64,000 nucleotides of DNA from Anolis carolinensis (GCF_035594765.1 NC_085845.1:169958897-170022896); one strand, 5' to 3'; positions 12,038 to 24,577 are shown, counted from the stretch's first letter. Notes: a model not told the origin generated them from the letters alone. Made by a program: numbers and translations.

Positions 12038-12048
12038 TTCTCTCGTCC

Positions 12049-12420
12049 CTTTCTTCCCACTTGCCGTTGCAACCCTCCCGCCGCTAGGGTTCGCTGTGGA
12101 GCGACCTTGCCAAGAAAAGCCCGGGGAGCGCATGTGCTGTCATAGCCCGCCCTTCCCTCAGACATCACTTCCGGCAGTGCGTTTTCCTTGCGTTCCTCGT
12201 TTATTTCCTCCGTGAAGCTCTCGGGCCGAGAGGATCGAGGCAGGCCAGCAGCGCGGCACCATGGTGAGTTGAGCGGAGTCGCGGCCTGATGCGAATCCCA
12301 AACCCTTCGCCTCCTTTTCTTCCCACCAGGATCTCGTACTTGCCTCCAGGAAAGTGCGTGCTCCTTCACCACGTGCTGACCCGGAAAAGTGTCCCCGCGT
12401 GGCCTGTGCTGCAGCAGGGC
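12049..12420 (+). promoter_or_regulatory. SNU13 CpG island and promoter
   Basis: CpG-rich; GC box; ETS/GABP motif CACTTCCGG at about 12166. Confidence 0.7.
12261..12263 (+). CDS. SNU13: SNU13 coding exon 1 (ATG only)
   Basis: gcaccATG|gtgagt in a CpG island. Joins exon 2 in phase 0. Confidence 0.88.
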
Positions 12421-12735
12421 CTGGTTTAATGCTACTTTGAAGTAACTTCAGAAATAATTTCTTCTCAAATTTCTTCTCAGTAACTTCTTCTCAAAAACGC
12501 CTGAGGGAAAGTATTAAACTTTATTATCCACGTACAGGGTAATAATTTTGCCCTCAATGCTAAAGGATTGAATCTCGCTTTTTCTCTCAAGGAAATCAAG
12601 GCTGCATCAGCACTGTAAAGTTAGTGCAGTTTGACCTCACTCTTAATTGCTATGGCTGGATGCTATGGGACCCTGGGAGTTGTAGTTTAGTGCGGGGCTA
12701 GCATTACTTGGCAGTGAAAACTACAGAACTTATAA

Positions 12736-12911
12736 CAGGCATGGGCAAATCTGTGCCCCCTGGGTGTTTTGGACTCCAACTCCCACCATTCCTAACAGCC
12801 TCAGACCGTTTCCTTTCCCCCCTCAGCCGCTTAAGGAAAGAGCCTGAGGCTGTTAGGAATGGTGGGAGTTGGAGTCCAAAACATCCAAAGGGCACAAGTT
12901 TGCCCATGCCT
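12736..12911. mobile_element. Palindromic hAT-like MITE in SNU13 intron 1
   Basis: caggcatgggcaaa...tttgcccatgcct; related copy at 37336-37495. Confidence 0.75.
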
Positions 12912-13004
12912 ACAATTGGATGGGATGCAGATTCCTGTGGTTGCAGACTCGAAGACTCTTAACTTAACCTTTCCTATGGCTTAATTTCTTGTTCCTTTTT
13001 GTAG

Positions 13005-13125
13005 AACGAGGCGGAAGTAAATCCGAAGGCTTATCCGCTTGCAGACGCTCAGCTCACCAGGACGCTCCTAGATCTCGTGCAGCAATCCTGTAACTACAAA
13101 CAGTTACGTAGAGGTGCTAATGAAG
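13005..13125 (+). CDS. SNU13: SNU13 (NHP2L1/15.5K, L7Ae-family K-turn binding protein) exon 2
   Basis: ttgtag|[40 protein letters not shown]|gtgaga. 121 bp. Confidence 0.97.
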
Positions 13126-13292
13126 GTGAGATTTGGTTATTCGTTTGTTCCAGAACATTTCACATACTTGTACTGCAGAGCTTTTGAAACTGTGTCATGA
13201 CATATACTGTGTTGGCTGCAGTGTGGCACTATGTCACGGATGTAACGAGAAATCACAAAAATCTTGGAAATGTAGGAGAGGAGCAGACACTA

Positions 13293-13940
13293 TCTTAACA
13301 GATTAGAGAGATGGGCCAAAACTAACAAAATGAAGTTCAACAGAGTCAAATGCAAGATACTCCACGTGGGCAGAAAGAATGAAATGCAAAAATTCAGAAT
13401 GGGGGACACCTTGCTCGACAGCAGAACATGTGAAAACGATCTCAAAGTCCTCATGAACAAGTTAAACATGAGCTAACAATGTCATGCAGCGTCTAAAAAA
13501 GCCAGTGGGATGTTGGCCTGCAAAAATAGGAGTATAGTGTCTAGATCCAGGGAAGTCATGCAACCTCTTTATTCTGCCTTGGTCAGACCACACCTGGAAT
13601 ACTGTGTCCAATTCTGGGCACCGGAATTGAAAGGAGATACTGACAGGCTGGAATGTGTCCAGAGGAGGGCAACTAAAATGATCAAGGGTCTGGAGAACAA
13701 GCCCTGTGAGGAGCGGCTTAAAAGAACTGGAAATGTTCAGCTTGCAGAAGAGAAGGCCGAGAGGAGATATGATGGCTATGTATAAATATGTGAGGGGAAA
13801 TCATAGGGAGGAGGGAGCAAGCTTGTTTTCTGCTGCCCTGGCGAATAGGACATGGAGCAATGGCTTTAAACTACAGGAAAGGAGATTCCACCTGAACATT
13901 AGAAAGAACTTCCTCACTGTGAGAGATGTTCAACAAGCGG
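13293..13940 (+). mobile_element. CR1 LINE ORF2 fragment in SNU13 intron 2
   Basis: [19 protein letters not shown]...[13 protein letters not shown], frameshifted. Confidence 0.92.
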
Positions 13941-14155
13941 ATAAAATATTCAGTACTTCCCTCTAAATCTCTACTGTTGTCTGATTTTGTTTTTGTTGTG
14001 TGCCTTTAGGTTTTTCCAAATTATGGCAAACCCTTGGCAAGATTTGTTCGTGTTTACTAATTTGATGTTAATCCTAGCAGCTAAGTCGACTTTATTAAAT
14101 ATAACTGAACAGTTAAAGGAAGCTAATAGTAATTGCACTTTCTTTTTTCTCACAG

Positions 14156-14418
14156 CCACTAAAACCTTGAACAGAGGAATTTCTGAATTCATTGTGATGG
14201 CTGCAGATGCTGAGCCCCTTGAGATCATCCTTCACCTCCCACTTCTCTGTGAAGATAAAAACGTGCCCTATGTGTTTGTACGCTCCAGACAGGCCCTGGG
14301 ACGGGCATGCGGTGTTTCCCGTCCTGTTATCGCTTGCTCCATTACTATTAAAGAAGGTTCACAGCTGAAGCCCCAAATACAGTCTGTACAACTAGCCATT
14401 GAAAGACTTTTGGTCTAG
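14156..14418 (+). CDS. SNU13: SNU13 exon 3 (last coding exon)
   Basis: cacag|[42 protein letters not shown]...IERLLV*. Total CDS 387 bp = 128 aa. Confidence 0.97.
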
Positions 14419-14528
14419 ATTTCTTGGGCCAGTCATATGATACAAAAATAATTTGAAATGTTTGTTTCACCGTTCTATCCAAATCTTGCTATTTGTACAG
14501 TGCTTTCACTTTAGTTTATTGTTTAGCA

Positions 14529-14534
14529 AATAAA
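14529..14534 (+). terminator. SNU13 candidate polyadenylation signal
   Basis: AATAAA about 110 nt after the stop; a second AATAAA at 14690. Confidence 0.6.
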
Positions 14535-14996
14535 TATTTTCCATCTATATTGCTCAGTCATACTTGTTAATTTTTTAACAAAAGAATGCTCAGTCAATTT
14601 AAGATCTTCCCCGTGAAGGTATGTCTAGGTTGTCCTTTTTGTCAGTGTTTTATCTGCAGATCAGCTGCTCATTAACTACTTTGAGTTCTAATAAATAGAA
14701 AGTATATAATTTTATGGCTGATGTGATGGCCTGATTTTATGAACAAGTATGGAACAGATCAATGTTTACCCTTGATAAGAGTATTGTAAGAAATAAATGG
14801 TAGTTTTACAACTTTTGAGGCCAAAGACAGTGCTTTAACTTTTAAAATAAAGTACAATTGATAAGTTGTGCATTATCTGAATTGGAGCATAAAGCTTTAT
14901 TATTTCAAATATATTTGAAACTGAACTTTTAGGTTTTAAAATTAGCATTACTGCTCATTTTGCATTCCCATTATACAGCAAGAAGGAAATAAATAT

Positions 14997-15903
14997 ATGT
15001 TTCCGGAAGGCTTGCATAGCCGGAATCACTGGGTTGCTGTGAGTTTTCTGGACTGTATGGTCATGTTCCAGAAGCATTCTCTCCTGATGTTTTGCCTGCA
15101 TCTATGGCAGGCATCCTCAGATGTTGTGAGGTCTGTTGAAAACTGGGCAAGAGGGGTTTATATGTCTGGAAAATCCAGGGTGGGAGAAATAATTTGTCTG
15201 CTTGAGGCAAGTGTTAATGTAGCAATTGGCTACCTTGATTAGCATTGAATGGCCAGTCGCAGTGCCCAACATGAATCAAGGAATATGAAAGGCACTGCAG
15301 ACTAATTCAACCAGAGAAGTCAGCCATAGCAGAGCACTTGATGAACCAACCTGGACACAGAATATTGAGAACACAGAAATGCTGGACCACTCTCACAACT
15401 ACATATTGGACTACACAAAGAAGCCATTGAAATCCACAAGCATGTGGACCATTTCAACAGAAAGGAGGAAACCATGCAAATGAACAAAATATGGTTACTA
15501 GTATTTAAAAAACTCTAAAATCAGGACAGTAAATAAAGAATAACACTCAGAAAAAAAGGAAATTCCAGACAAAACAATCGGGGCAGCTAACACTTAACAA
15601 AGGATTCCCCTAGGCAGTAAGCAGCCCGTCCTTGAATCTGCAAGTCCATTCAATGCTAATCGAGGTAGCCAATTGCTAAGTTAACACTTGCCGGAAATTG
15701 ACAAGAATTCGCTCTCCCTTGCCTAGTTTTCAACAGACCTCACAACCTCCCTTGCCTAGTTTTCAACAGAACTCACAACCTCAGGATGTCTGCTATAGAT
15801 GCAGGTGAAATGTCAGGAGAGAATGCTTCTGGAACGTGGCCATACAGCCCAGAAAACTAACAGCAACCCAGTGATTTCAACCATGAAAGCCTTTGACAAC
15901 ACA
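14997..15903 (+). mobile_element. Penelope-like element (inverted pLTR, GIY-YIG C-terminal remnant, pLTR)
   Basis: IKEYERHCRLIQPEKSAIAEHLMNQPGH remnant; inverted pLTR 14997-15255. Confidence 0.85.
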
Positions 15904-16282
15904 TTGAATATCATAGCAACCCACAAATAAATATACTTTGTCAATCTTGGGAAGGCCTGGATGCATAGACAAAGTGAGTGCTATCAGTGACCTAATGTAA
16001 TGAAGAAAAGGAATTAGCGAATGCGAGGCAGATTGAACTGCCGGAGCAATTTTGTTCTTTAGGCACAAAACAGTCATCTATTTCCACATTGATGGAAGAG
16101 CTGTGTCACTATCAGCAGTACCCTGATCCAGTGGCTGACATGAAACAAAGCAAGTCATCTTCCTCATGCCCTTGTGCAGCTTTTTCTGTCATCGCTATTG
16201 CCCTTCAGTACTCCTGCAGGATTCTATAGTGTCAAGGTTTAAACTGGGGTGTTGAAGTTGATAAAAGTACAGATGTCTATTA

Positions 16283-16426
16283 AACACAATAAACGATAAA
16301 ATGTATGGTATCTTAGTTAAATACGGTTGTAAATACATTAAGGTTGTCTCGATATAAGAACCATTAGACATAGACGTTATTTACAACCGTATTTAAGATA
16401 CCATACATTTTATCGTTTATTGTGTT
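16283..16426. repeat. About 50-bp near-perfect inverted repeat (hairpin)
   Basis: 16283-16335 pairs with 16378-16426 with one 4-nt bulge. Confidence 0.9.
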
Positions 16427-16849
16427 GAAGTTGATGGCAGCATTTGCTGGAAAGGCAAATGCATTAATCCTGAAGAAGTGATATCTTAATAGCAACAACT
16501 ACCAGTCAGGCCTCTCCTTTGACATTTGTCACATTTATATCCCATCTTTTCTTCATTGAGCTAAAAGGTGAGGCAAATATGGGTCTTCTAGTGCAATAAT
16601 TCCAGAGAGGAAGATCAGGATGAGTTTGTCATTAACTCAAAGTTACCCAGTGTGTTTCATTAATTAAATGTGGTGGAACACATGTCTTCTAATTCCACAG
16701 CAGAAGCAACCAACGCATACAGCACCAGAGCCCCTGTTTATTTGTTCCCTAGAACTATGAAGTTCTTCTGACAAGCTACTTTTTACACTGCTTATCATTT
16801 TGTATTGGAATAGCTGAAAGAACACAGACACAGATAAATAACCATAGTA

Positions 16850-16855
16850 TTTATT
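16850..16855 (-). terminator. XRCC6 candidate polyadenylation signal
   Basis: AATAAA on the minus strand about 230 nt after the stop. Confidence 0.6.
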
Positions 16856-17086
16856 AAAGATATAGAAAGGTCACAAATTTTCATGAAATCTAGAACCAAA
16901 AGTAAGAAAAAGTATTTTTCTATCAGTAAACCATTCCAACCAGGTGCTATCAATCTCTCAGGAAGGGGAGCACATATTTCTATGTAATTATAACTACAGA
17001 TACAGTATTTTTCCCCCTTGTCAAGATCTACGTCTTTACGAAGACGTCTCCTGAGGCGGCTGAATGATTGACTAGGTGCACACAAC

Positions 17087-17289
17087 TCAGTGCTTACTGA
17101 AATAGTTAGTCACTACATCTAACAGTTCTTGTTTCTTTGTACCCCCCGTCAGCTTATAAATCCTACATACTTCCTTCAGAACTGGTACTGTAAGTTTACC
17201 CAAAGTGCCTTTTTTAATATGATTCCTCAGTTCCTCCTCCGAGATTTCAATCTTGGCCTTCTTTTCTGGCTTTTCAGTACCATCCCCTG
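17087..17289 (-). CDS. XRCC6: XRCC6 (Ku70) last coding exon: NLS linker and SAP domain
   Basis: ...[53 protein letters not shown]. Tandem acceptor tacag|cag|. Confidence 0.95.
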
Positions 17290-18242
17290 CTGTAAAAAGA
17301 TTTTTCAATTAGATCTTTATTACTCAGGTCTTGGTATAACTAAAATATTTTACAAAACATCTCAGAATGATAAAATATCTGTTTAGTTCATGTCAAGTGA
17401 TAAGGACATTAATAGCTTAATACTGTGTTTCCCCAAAAATAAAACCAGGTCTTAAATTAATTTTTACTCCAAAAGATGAATTTTTTTAAGGAAATGTCTT
17501 ACTGCTGAGCCTGGAGGGTGGGGCTTACAGGCCAGACATGTCGTCCTTGGGAGTTTGTGCTCATGTGACCTCATAATCTCCTCTTAAGTGACAGCATCAC
17601 TTTAAAATGGATGCCTCTATACTACAGAATGGATGCTGTTTGACATCAATTTAACTACCATGGCTGAATGTGATAGAATTCTGGAGGACTGATGAGGCAA
17701 CAGCACTATTGTGCAAAGAAGGCTATAAATACCTTGTAAAACAACATGAGTGATGGCAGTTAAAACAGTGTCAAACTGCATTAATTCTACAATAGAGATG
17801 CACCCAAAAGGGTATAAAAACCTTCTAAAACTATAATTCCCATGACCCAAGGATGATTAAAGTGTATACTGCATTAATTCTGACTGACAATCTTAACTAG
17901 GGCTTATTTTTGTGGTAGGGCTTATATGACAAGTATCCTGAAAAATCATTCTAGGGCTTATTTTCCAGTTAGGTCTTATTTTTGGGGGAGGCAGTATATA
18001 CTTTAATCTAAACAATATATATATTACTATTTCAGAGAAAATTCATGGCAATTCAACCACATTCTGGTTTTTGTTTTTTGATTACTAGTGTGTGGTTGGA
18101 TTGGCACAGACTAAGAGTCCCTCTGCCTTCTAAGGGGTAAGTCATACTTGGAATCCACACAAGAATTCTAAAAGGTTTCAATTCAAGGAATACGTAATTG
18201 GGGGTATATATTTACAGCTTTTTTGTACTTTTCAAGCCCCAC

Positions 18243-18356
18243 CTTGTTTTCGCTTTGTAGCTTTGCTGTCAGGATCATACCCTGGTGGATACACCAACTG
18301 CTTGAATTCTTCTACAAGATTATCCAGCCTGCGATCCATCACCTCAACCTTAGGCA
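18243..18356 (-). CDS. XRCC6: XRCC6 coding exon 11
   Basis: [37 protein letters not shown]. 114 bp, ag/gt boundaries. Confidence 0.95.
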
Positions 18357-19816
18357 CTAGAGAGTAAGGGAAAATCCCAGAAGAGATTAGTTAAGAATGT
18401 ACATTACAATATATAGAAATAATGGTTCTACAAAGGAATACATGCTCTTTGAACTTAAAAGCAAGACAATTATCATTATCTGGTCTTTTCCCCATTTTCT
18501 GGTCTTTTCTAAAGGCAGTGTATATAAGATTACAACAAATGTAATTAAATAACGACTCATTAAGACATTAAAATGCTAGGAAAACTTCCAAGTAAAATAT
18601 CAATTACAAGAAAAGAACAAATAGACAATGCAACACAATATACAAAGCCCATTCCTCTTAAGTGGTCAGTCTTCAAAAGCCAGCTGAAACTAAACTGGCC
18701 TTAACCTGCCTGCAATAATACAGCAAAGAAAGTGCAAGTCTCCTCTCTCTAGGAAAGAAATTCCAGACCTGCCACCAAAGAGAAACCCCCTCCTTCTAAC
18801 AGAAACATATCATGGAATCTCCTGGAGGACACAGAGTACATATTTTGCCAGAATATTTGGTGAATCCGTGGGTACCAATCCCATGGGTACATATATCAGA
18901 CTAGATATTTTAAGTAGCACGGTGGACAAAACAGAATGCTGAGGGACCCACAGATCAAGGGGTCAAACAGAAGTCCACTACCAACACCTTCTGGGTTCAG
19001 TTTTCTAGGAAGGAACAAAGCTGAGGTAAAACAGTACCTCCAAATCCCATCCCAACAGGACAATTGAAAGGGATACAATGAGCCACGATATAGAAAGCCA
19101 CTGAGAAGTCCAGCAGAACAATGGCAAACTCATTCAGGAACACCAAACAGTTGCCCAACATCATGGCATTCAGGGAGGCTTTTTTCATTAATGGTCTTAT
19201 AACTGCCTCCTTTATACACGCCAGAACTCTGTCTTGTTTTAGTGAAACACTAACTGCTCCTTCTATCTATTCAGCCAGTCCCCCTCTGGCTTTTTGATAA
19301 GCAAGGGTATCAAAAAACATACACATGGTGGCTCTCATCAAGAATCCTATCAATGTGAAAGACTTCAACCATTACCATCTATGCATGTTTTGAATGCTCA
19401 GGAACTAATAGCTTCTAATGAAAAAAACCCCTTAAAATATTTTAATTCATAAAAGGAATCTATCTAGGACACAATAAAAAGTTACTGAAACAAGGGTAAA
19501 AAAGCAAAAAAAAAAAAAAGACACAAAGTTGTTAAGCAAGAGGTCTAGAGTAGTGTATCTTCCCTGCTACCTGGAAAAAAACCCCTTTTAAGAGACTGAA
19601 GTGTTAAGCCTGTTGTTTCAAATAATGAAAAACTGAGTTGAAACAGAACCCTAGCTTTTAGGCAAGTTTTTAAAAGTTTTTGGTCTAAGACAATATTTTG
19701 TTTCACAAGTAATTTTGTTTACCATATCAGATTGTGTGTGTCATTCCTCAATGTGTTTCTAAACTTTTATGAATTGATAGGAAAACTTTATAAAACATAT
19801 AACTGGTCATTCTTAC

Positions 19817-19917
19817 TGGTCAGATCCTCAGCCTTTTCAGGTTCCATCAGGTCCAGTGCCAAGGCTTCTAGGTTCATATAGTGCTGTTGCAGAACTGGAT
19901 TCTCAAAACTCTCACTC
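19817..19917 (-). CDS. XRCC6: XRCC6 coding exon 10
   Basis: [33 protein letters not shown]. 101 bp. Confidence 0.95.
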
Positions 19918-20250
19918 CTGTTGAAATCCAAGTGGGGGAAAAAAACAAGGAAAGTGAATGTTCCAGAAGTGATTTTATTTCATTTCCAAATATACAACAT
20001 TGTACTTTAATAGCTGTAGAAGGGCTTGGGGACAAGTTAAGTTATTTATATAAAATTTATCACAATTATACTAAATGCGGAGTGCTAAAATATGAGGCTG
20101 CAGGACTGCTTTGTTTGTAACAGGTCTTACAATACATAAAATTGCACTACAGGCAGTCCTCAAGTTATGAATAAGATAGGTTCAGTAAGTCTGTTCTTAA
20201 GTTGAATTTGTTTGCAAGTCAGAACAGGTACATTATTAAGTGTAACTCAG

Positions 20251-20301
<51 letters not shown>
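20251..20301 (+). repeat. (AGAT)n microsatellite
   Basis: Direct reading. Confidence 0.95.
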
Positions 20302-20302
<1 letters not shown>

Positions 20303-20703
20303 GCGTGCATTTGTTTTGCTGTCTGTGCCCCTCTTCAGAAGACTTTAGGTCATTTTCTTTCCCTATGATAATTGGATTTTGAAAAATTTGGTTTGTTGCC
20401 AAAACAAGAATTGGTGAGAAAACTTTAGTGTAGACAACTTTTCCCCATGACAACTCTTTCGAGGGGTATATGTCTCTCACTTCCTGTTATCTCACACCCG
20501 TCCTTAACTATGAGTAATTCAGGGGCTGTCTTGCACTTGAGATATTAGGCTCAATTCAAGCTTAGTCTGTGGATTTTGTATTACCACCACGTGGGTTACT
20601 ATTATGTATTGCAAACAAGAATTCCTAGAGCTTTCTCCAAAAGCTGTTTGCTAAGTATACATATATTAAATTTGAACTCTTCTGGCCTTATGTGCATCAT
20701 TAC

Positions 20704-20833
20704 CTGTATTTGAATCGCAGCTTCTGAACAATTTCCTTCATTTTGTTCACCTGTTCTTGATTAGCTGGGACCTTCTCTGTAAAATCTATTTTCCGTTTGT
20801 CATCGGCATATGGTAGGAAAATCAGATGAAAGC
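20704..20833 (-). CDS. XRCC6: XRCC6 coding exon 9
   Basis: [43 protein letters not shown]. 130 bp. Confidence 0.95.
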
Positions 20834-21783
20834 CTTAGTAGAAGGTAAACAAAATAAATGAGAAGTTTCAAGTGAATTCTCAATTTTGTCAATATAAGAC
20901 CCAATTTTCAGAACCTGAATGAGAAACTGTAGATGGAAGACCAAATACCAAGTAAAGACATGGGTAAAATCTATTTTCTTCTAAAGTCGTTTTTTCCCCC
21001 CAGAAGAACAGAATATGAGATTTATCAATTTTATTATGATCACAGTACAGACATCAAAGAGTTAAAGGCAGAACACAGCAGATAATCAGGTAAAAACAGC
21101 TCCCAAGAATTCTTCATTGTATACATAAGAGGTAGTTCAACTATCAGTTTCTAAAATAATACCAATAGGAACAAGGCGAGTCAAGATTGTCTCATTATGA
21201 GTCTCTTGAATCTTCCTAAAATGCACTGTTTAAAATTAAAGGAACCCTCCATCACCAACTGACATGTTCTTGGATACAGAAAACAGCACTGGGAAGAGAG
21301 AAATGGTAGCAATCATCTTCTGGAATGATTTTTGTTCAAAGCATTTTCAAACCCAGGCCTGTACTTCTGGTGTGACTGCCCTGAGGTAAATGATGCTAGG
21401 ATATAGTTATATCACATACTATACATTTAGAATGTATCAAAAACAATATTGTGTACTATTTATTATGTAACTGTAGGAAATAAGATGCTCCCAATGGATT
21501 CATTGGTAACAGTCAAAATTACTTATAAGACATTGGAAACTGAATAGAATAACTGAGAATGACATTAACATGATAAATGGAGAGAGAGAAAAAATTATAT
21601 CTTGCCTATGATGCATATATTAATGGTATAACCCGCCTCTCTTTCAGAAACAGCAGAAACATGCCTGAAAGAAACATGCAGTATAATGTAACCAGTTATT
21701 GAGCTTTTCAAGCAGGTCAAATGTATCAGGAGTTAGTAGCATTTGTTGCCATACATTTTGTTTTTATTTTCAAGTTCCAAATA

Positions 21784-22090
21784 CAGTAGAGTCTCATTTA
21801 TCCAACATAAATGGGCCAGCAGAACGTTGGATAAGCAAATATGTTGGATAATAAGGAGAGATTAAGAAAAAGCCTATTAAACATCAAAAAAGGTTATGAT
21901 TTTACAAATTAAGCACCAAAACATCATGTTATACAACAAATTTGACAAAAAAGCAGTTCATTACACATTAATGCTATGTAGTAATTACTGTATTTATGAA
22001 TTTAGCAACAAAATATCACAATGCATTGAAAACATTGACTACAAAAATGCGCTGGATAATCCAGAACGTTGGATAAGTGAGAATCTATTG
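21784..22090. mobile_element. Tc1/mariner (pogo/Tigger-like) MITE
   Basis: TIR cagtagagtctcacttatcca, TA flanks; copies at 50803-51126, 57013-57346 and 62262-62922 (nested). Confidence 0.8.
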
Positions 22091-22763
22091 TAACAACCAC
22101 ACAAGTATATTGTTCCTACCTGCAGGGTGAGTTTTTAAAATATATTGATACATTTTTCCATATCATGATTTGCATTAATTACTGGAAGTGTGCACAATCC
22201 TTTATTGACCCTCACCATCTTCACTCTTTCCTTTTTTTTCCCCCATGCCCAAAATGCCCCCTTAAAACTTTTAATTTTTTAAAATTTGTCTAGAACTCTG
22301 TTAATAAAACAGTAGTGTCCTGTGCTTGAAAAGATTACCCCCCCAACATACACTAGTCAACTGAAACTTGGGTTGAAGCTGCAAGATTGGAGAAAGGGAG
22401 CACCACATGGGGTGTTTGCATAGTGTTACTTTTCTATTACCTTTGCACTAAAGCAATAGAAATTTGATTTAGATCACACTCAAACAGATATAAACAATAG
22501 CATCATTACAGTTTACTATTATTATTATTTTTTAAAAAGAACTATGATGAAGCATTAGGATGGATCGCAACACATCTGGAAATATATATAGGTATGACGG
22601 TGTGAGGGGATTAGATAAGCCCACATCTATAACCACAAAACAAAACTCACAAATGAACGGTAATGTGTTCTAGTCAAGGTTGGGTTTTTTTAAAGGAGTA
22701 TGTCTGGTCAGGGAAGCAACAAAGAAATGCCATGGATGGGAAGTGCCAAGAAAAAAAAATTAC

Positions 22764-22925
22764 CTGGAGGAGATATCTGCACATTCTGCTCATCCAGTTC
22801 TTCTTCCTGCGGGACCAGGGCTATAAACCTAGGAGGGATGTTCCGACGAGCGGTGTACCTACATATGGCCATCACTCCTTTCTCCAGACACTTTGTTAGC
22901 AGGGCACGGAATAGTGCTGTACTTC
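22764..22925 (-). CDS. XRCC6: XRCC6 coding exon 8
   Basis: [53 protein letters not shown]. 162 bp. Confidence 0.95.
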
Positions 22926-24408
22926 CTAAAAACAGAATTCGATGTTAACAAGGTTACCTGATTTAATGTTCAAAACATTTCTTTGAAAATTTAGAAAATA
23001 CAGTGAGTTTTTCATAGGTGTTCTTTGATGTTAGATTTTATTTGTCTTTTCCAAATGACAATTTCCCCCAAACATCCAGTATTTTAGTTACTCTTCTCAA
23101 ATGAAAAGCTGGGGGCACCTTGAGTCTGATCAAGTTTAATTATGCTTAAACTCAAGGACAAATCAGAAAACTTCCTTCAAAAAGGAAATTGTGTTATTAC
23201 CAAATAAATAATAATATTATTATGTGTCAAAAGCATTGCATAAATTCATCAATTTGTGGAGGGAAGAAGCACACCTCCAGGTTAAGATGTAAAGCAATGC
23301 TTTTACCAAATCAAATTATTGTATTTGCGTATGGTTACCACAAGTTGGAAGCGTTGGAACAATTAAAAAGGTTGTTTTAAAATATGCTGCTTTTTGAGAT
23401 TATAGTGGCAATAATATGAAGCACCAACAGCTGCCAGTCTAATATGCTGCTTTCAAGGGTTTATACTGCATTACACTCAAAGCAACATTGTTGTTGTGTG
23501 CCTTCAAGTTATTTTCATCTTATAGCAACCCTAAGGCAAACATATGACATGGTTTTCTTGGCGAAGTTTATTCAGAGAGGTTGGCTTTGCCTTTCTCTAG
23601 GACTGAGAGTTACCATAATAAATCCGCTAAATTAAAAACATATTTAAAATAACAAGCCAGCATGGTCTGGTGTTTTTAGCATTGGATTACGGCTCTACAG
23701 CTCAGGGTTCGATTTTTCACTCAGCCACAAAACTTACTGGGTGAATTTGGGTGAGTTAAATACTCTCCAACCCAGAACTTGAAGGTGCATAATAAACTTG
23801 AAAATATTAAGAAAAATGTGGAAACCTTCGTAAGTCTATAAATATAAGAATCTATATGTCTGCTTGACATGTTTTCCTTTCACTTTTTCCAAAAATTGGC
23901 CATCAACAGTAAAGAAAGCAACCTTTTGAATCACAAGCTGACTAGATCCTTGTAAAAGAAAAATTTCAACTTAACCAGTCAGTTTATCATACAGCACAAA
24001 ATTTACTATGTATATTATTTTCTTCAATAAGAATATAAGCAGAATTTCAATAGGCATCAGAGGTGTGTCCATTTATTACTCTGCACAGAAACTGATCTTT
24101 CTGCCCTAAGAAGGACATTGCTGAGAAAAGATGACATATGTCACATTGGAAGAAAAGCAACTGAATGAACCTCTCAAGTTGTGAGTGACACTGTCAGATC
24201 CTATAGAAATATTGCTAGGGTGGATACAGGAAGAGAACCTGCATCCTACTTTGAGTCTCAGTAGATATGGAAACATACAATCTGTCTCATCCAAGAATGT
24301 TAGTAATTTCACCACCTCAAAATTTTTAGATTTGAAATCCTACTATTCATATTGTTGTTTCACCCTTACAGGTACCATGTCAGAGCCGTCATTTACACAC
24401 GTACATAC

Positions 24409-24577
24409 CACTAATCAAGGACTCATCTGGATAGATGAACTGAGCTGGCTTGATGTAATGATGTTGTTTCAGCATTAGCAAGGGCTTGAAACCGACCAGA
24501 TATAAACCTGGTGAATCAAATCGCTTTGTTTCTTCTACCTCCTCTTTTTCCAATACAATTTGACGATTTCCATAGAT
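24409..24577 (-). CDS. XRCC6: XRCC6 coding exon 7
   Basis: [56 protein letters not shown]. 169 bp. Confidence 0.95.

Noticed and set aside
13987-14155. N-terminal part of the 143-aa ORF
   Set aside because: Intron sequence that happens to be in frame with SNU13 exon 3.
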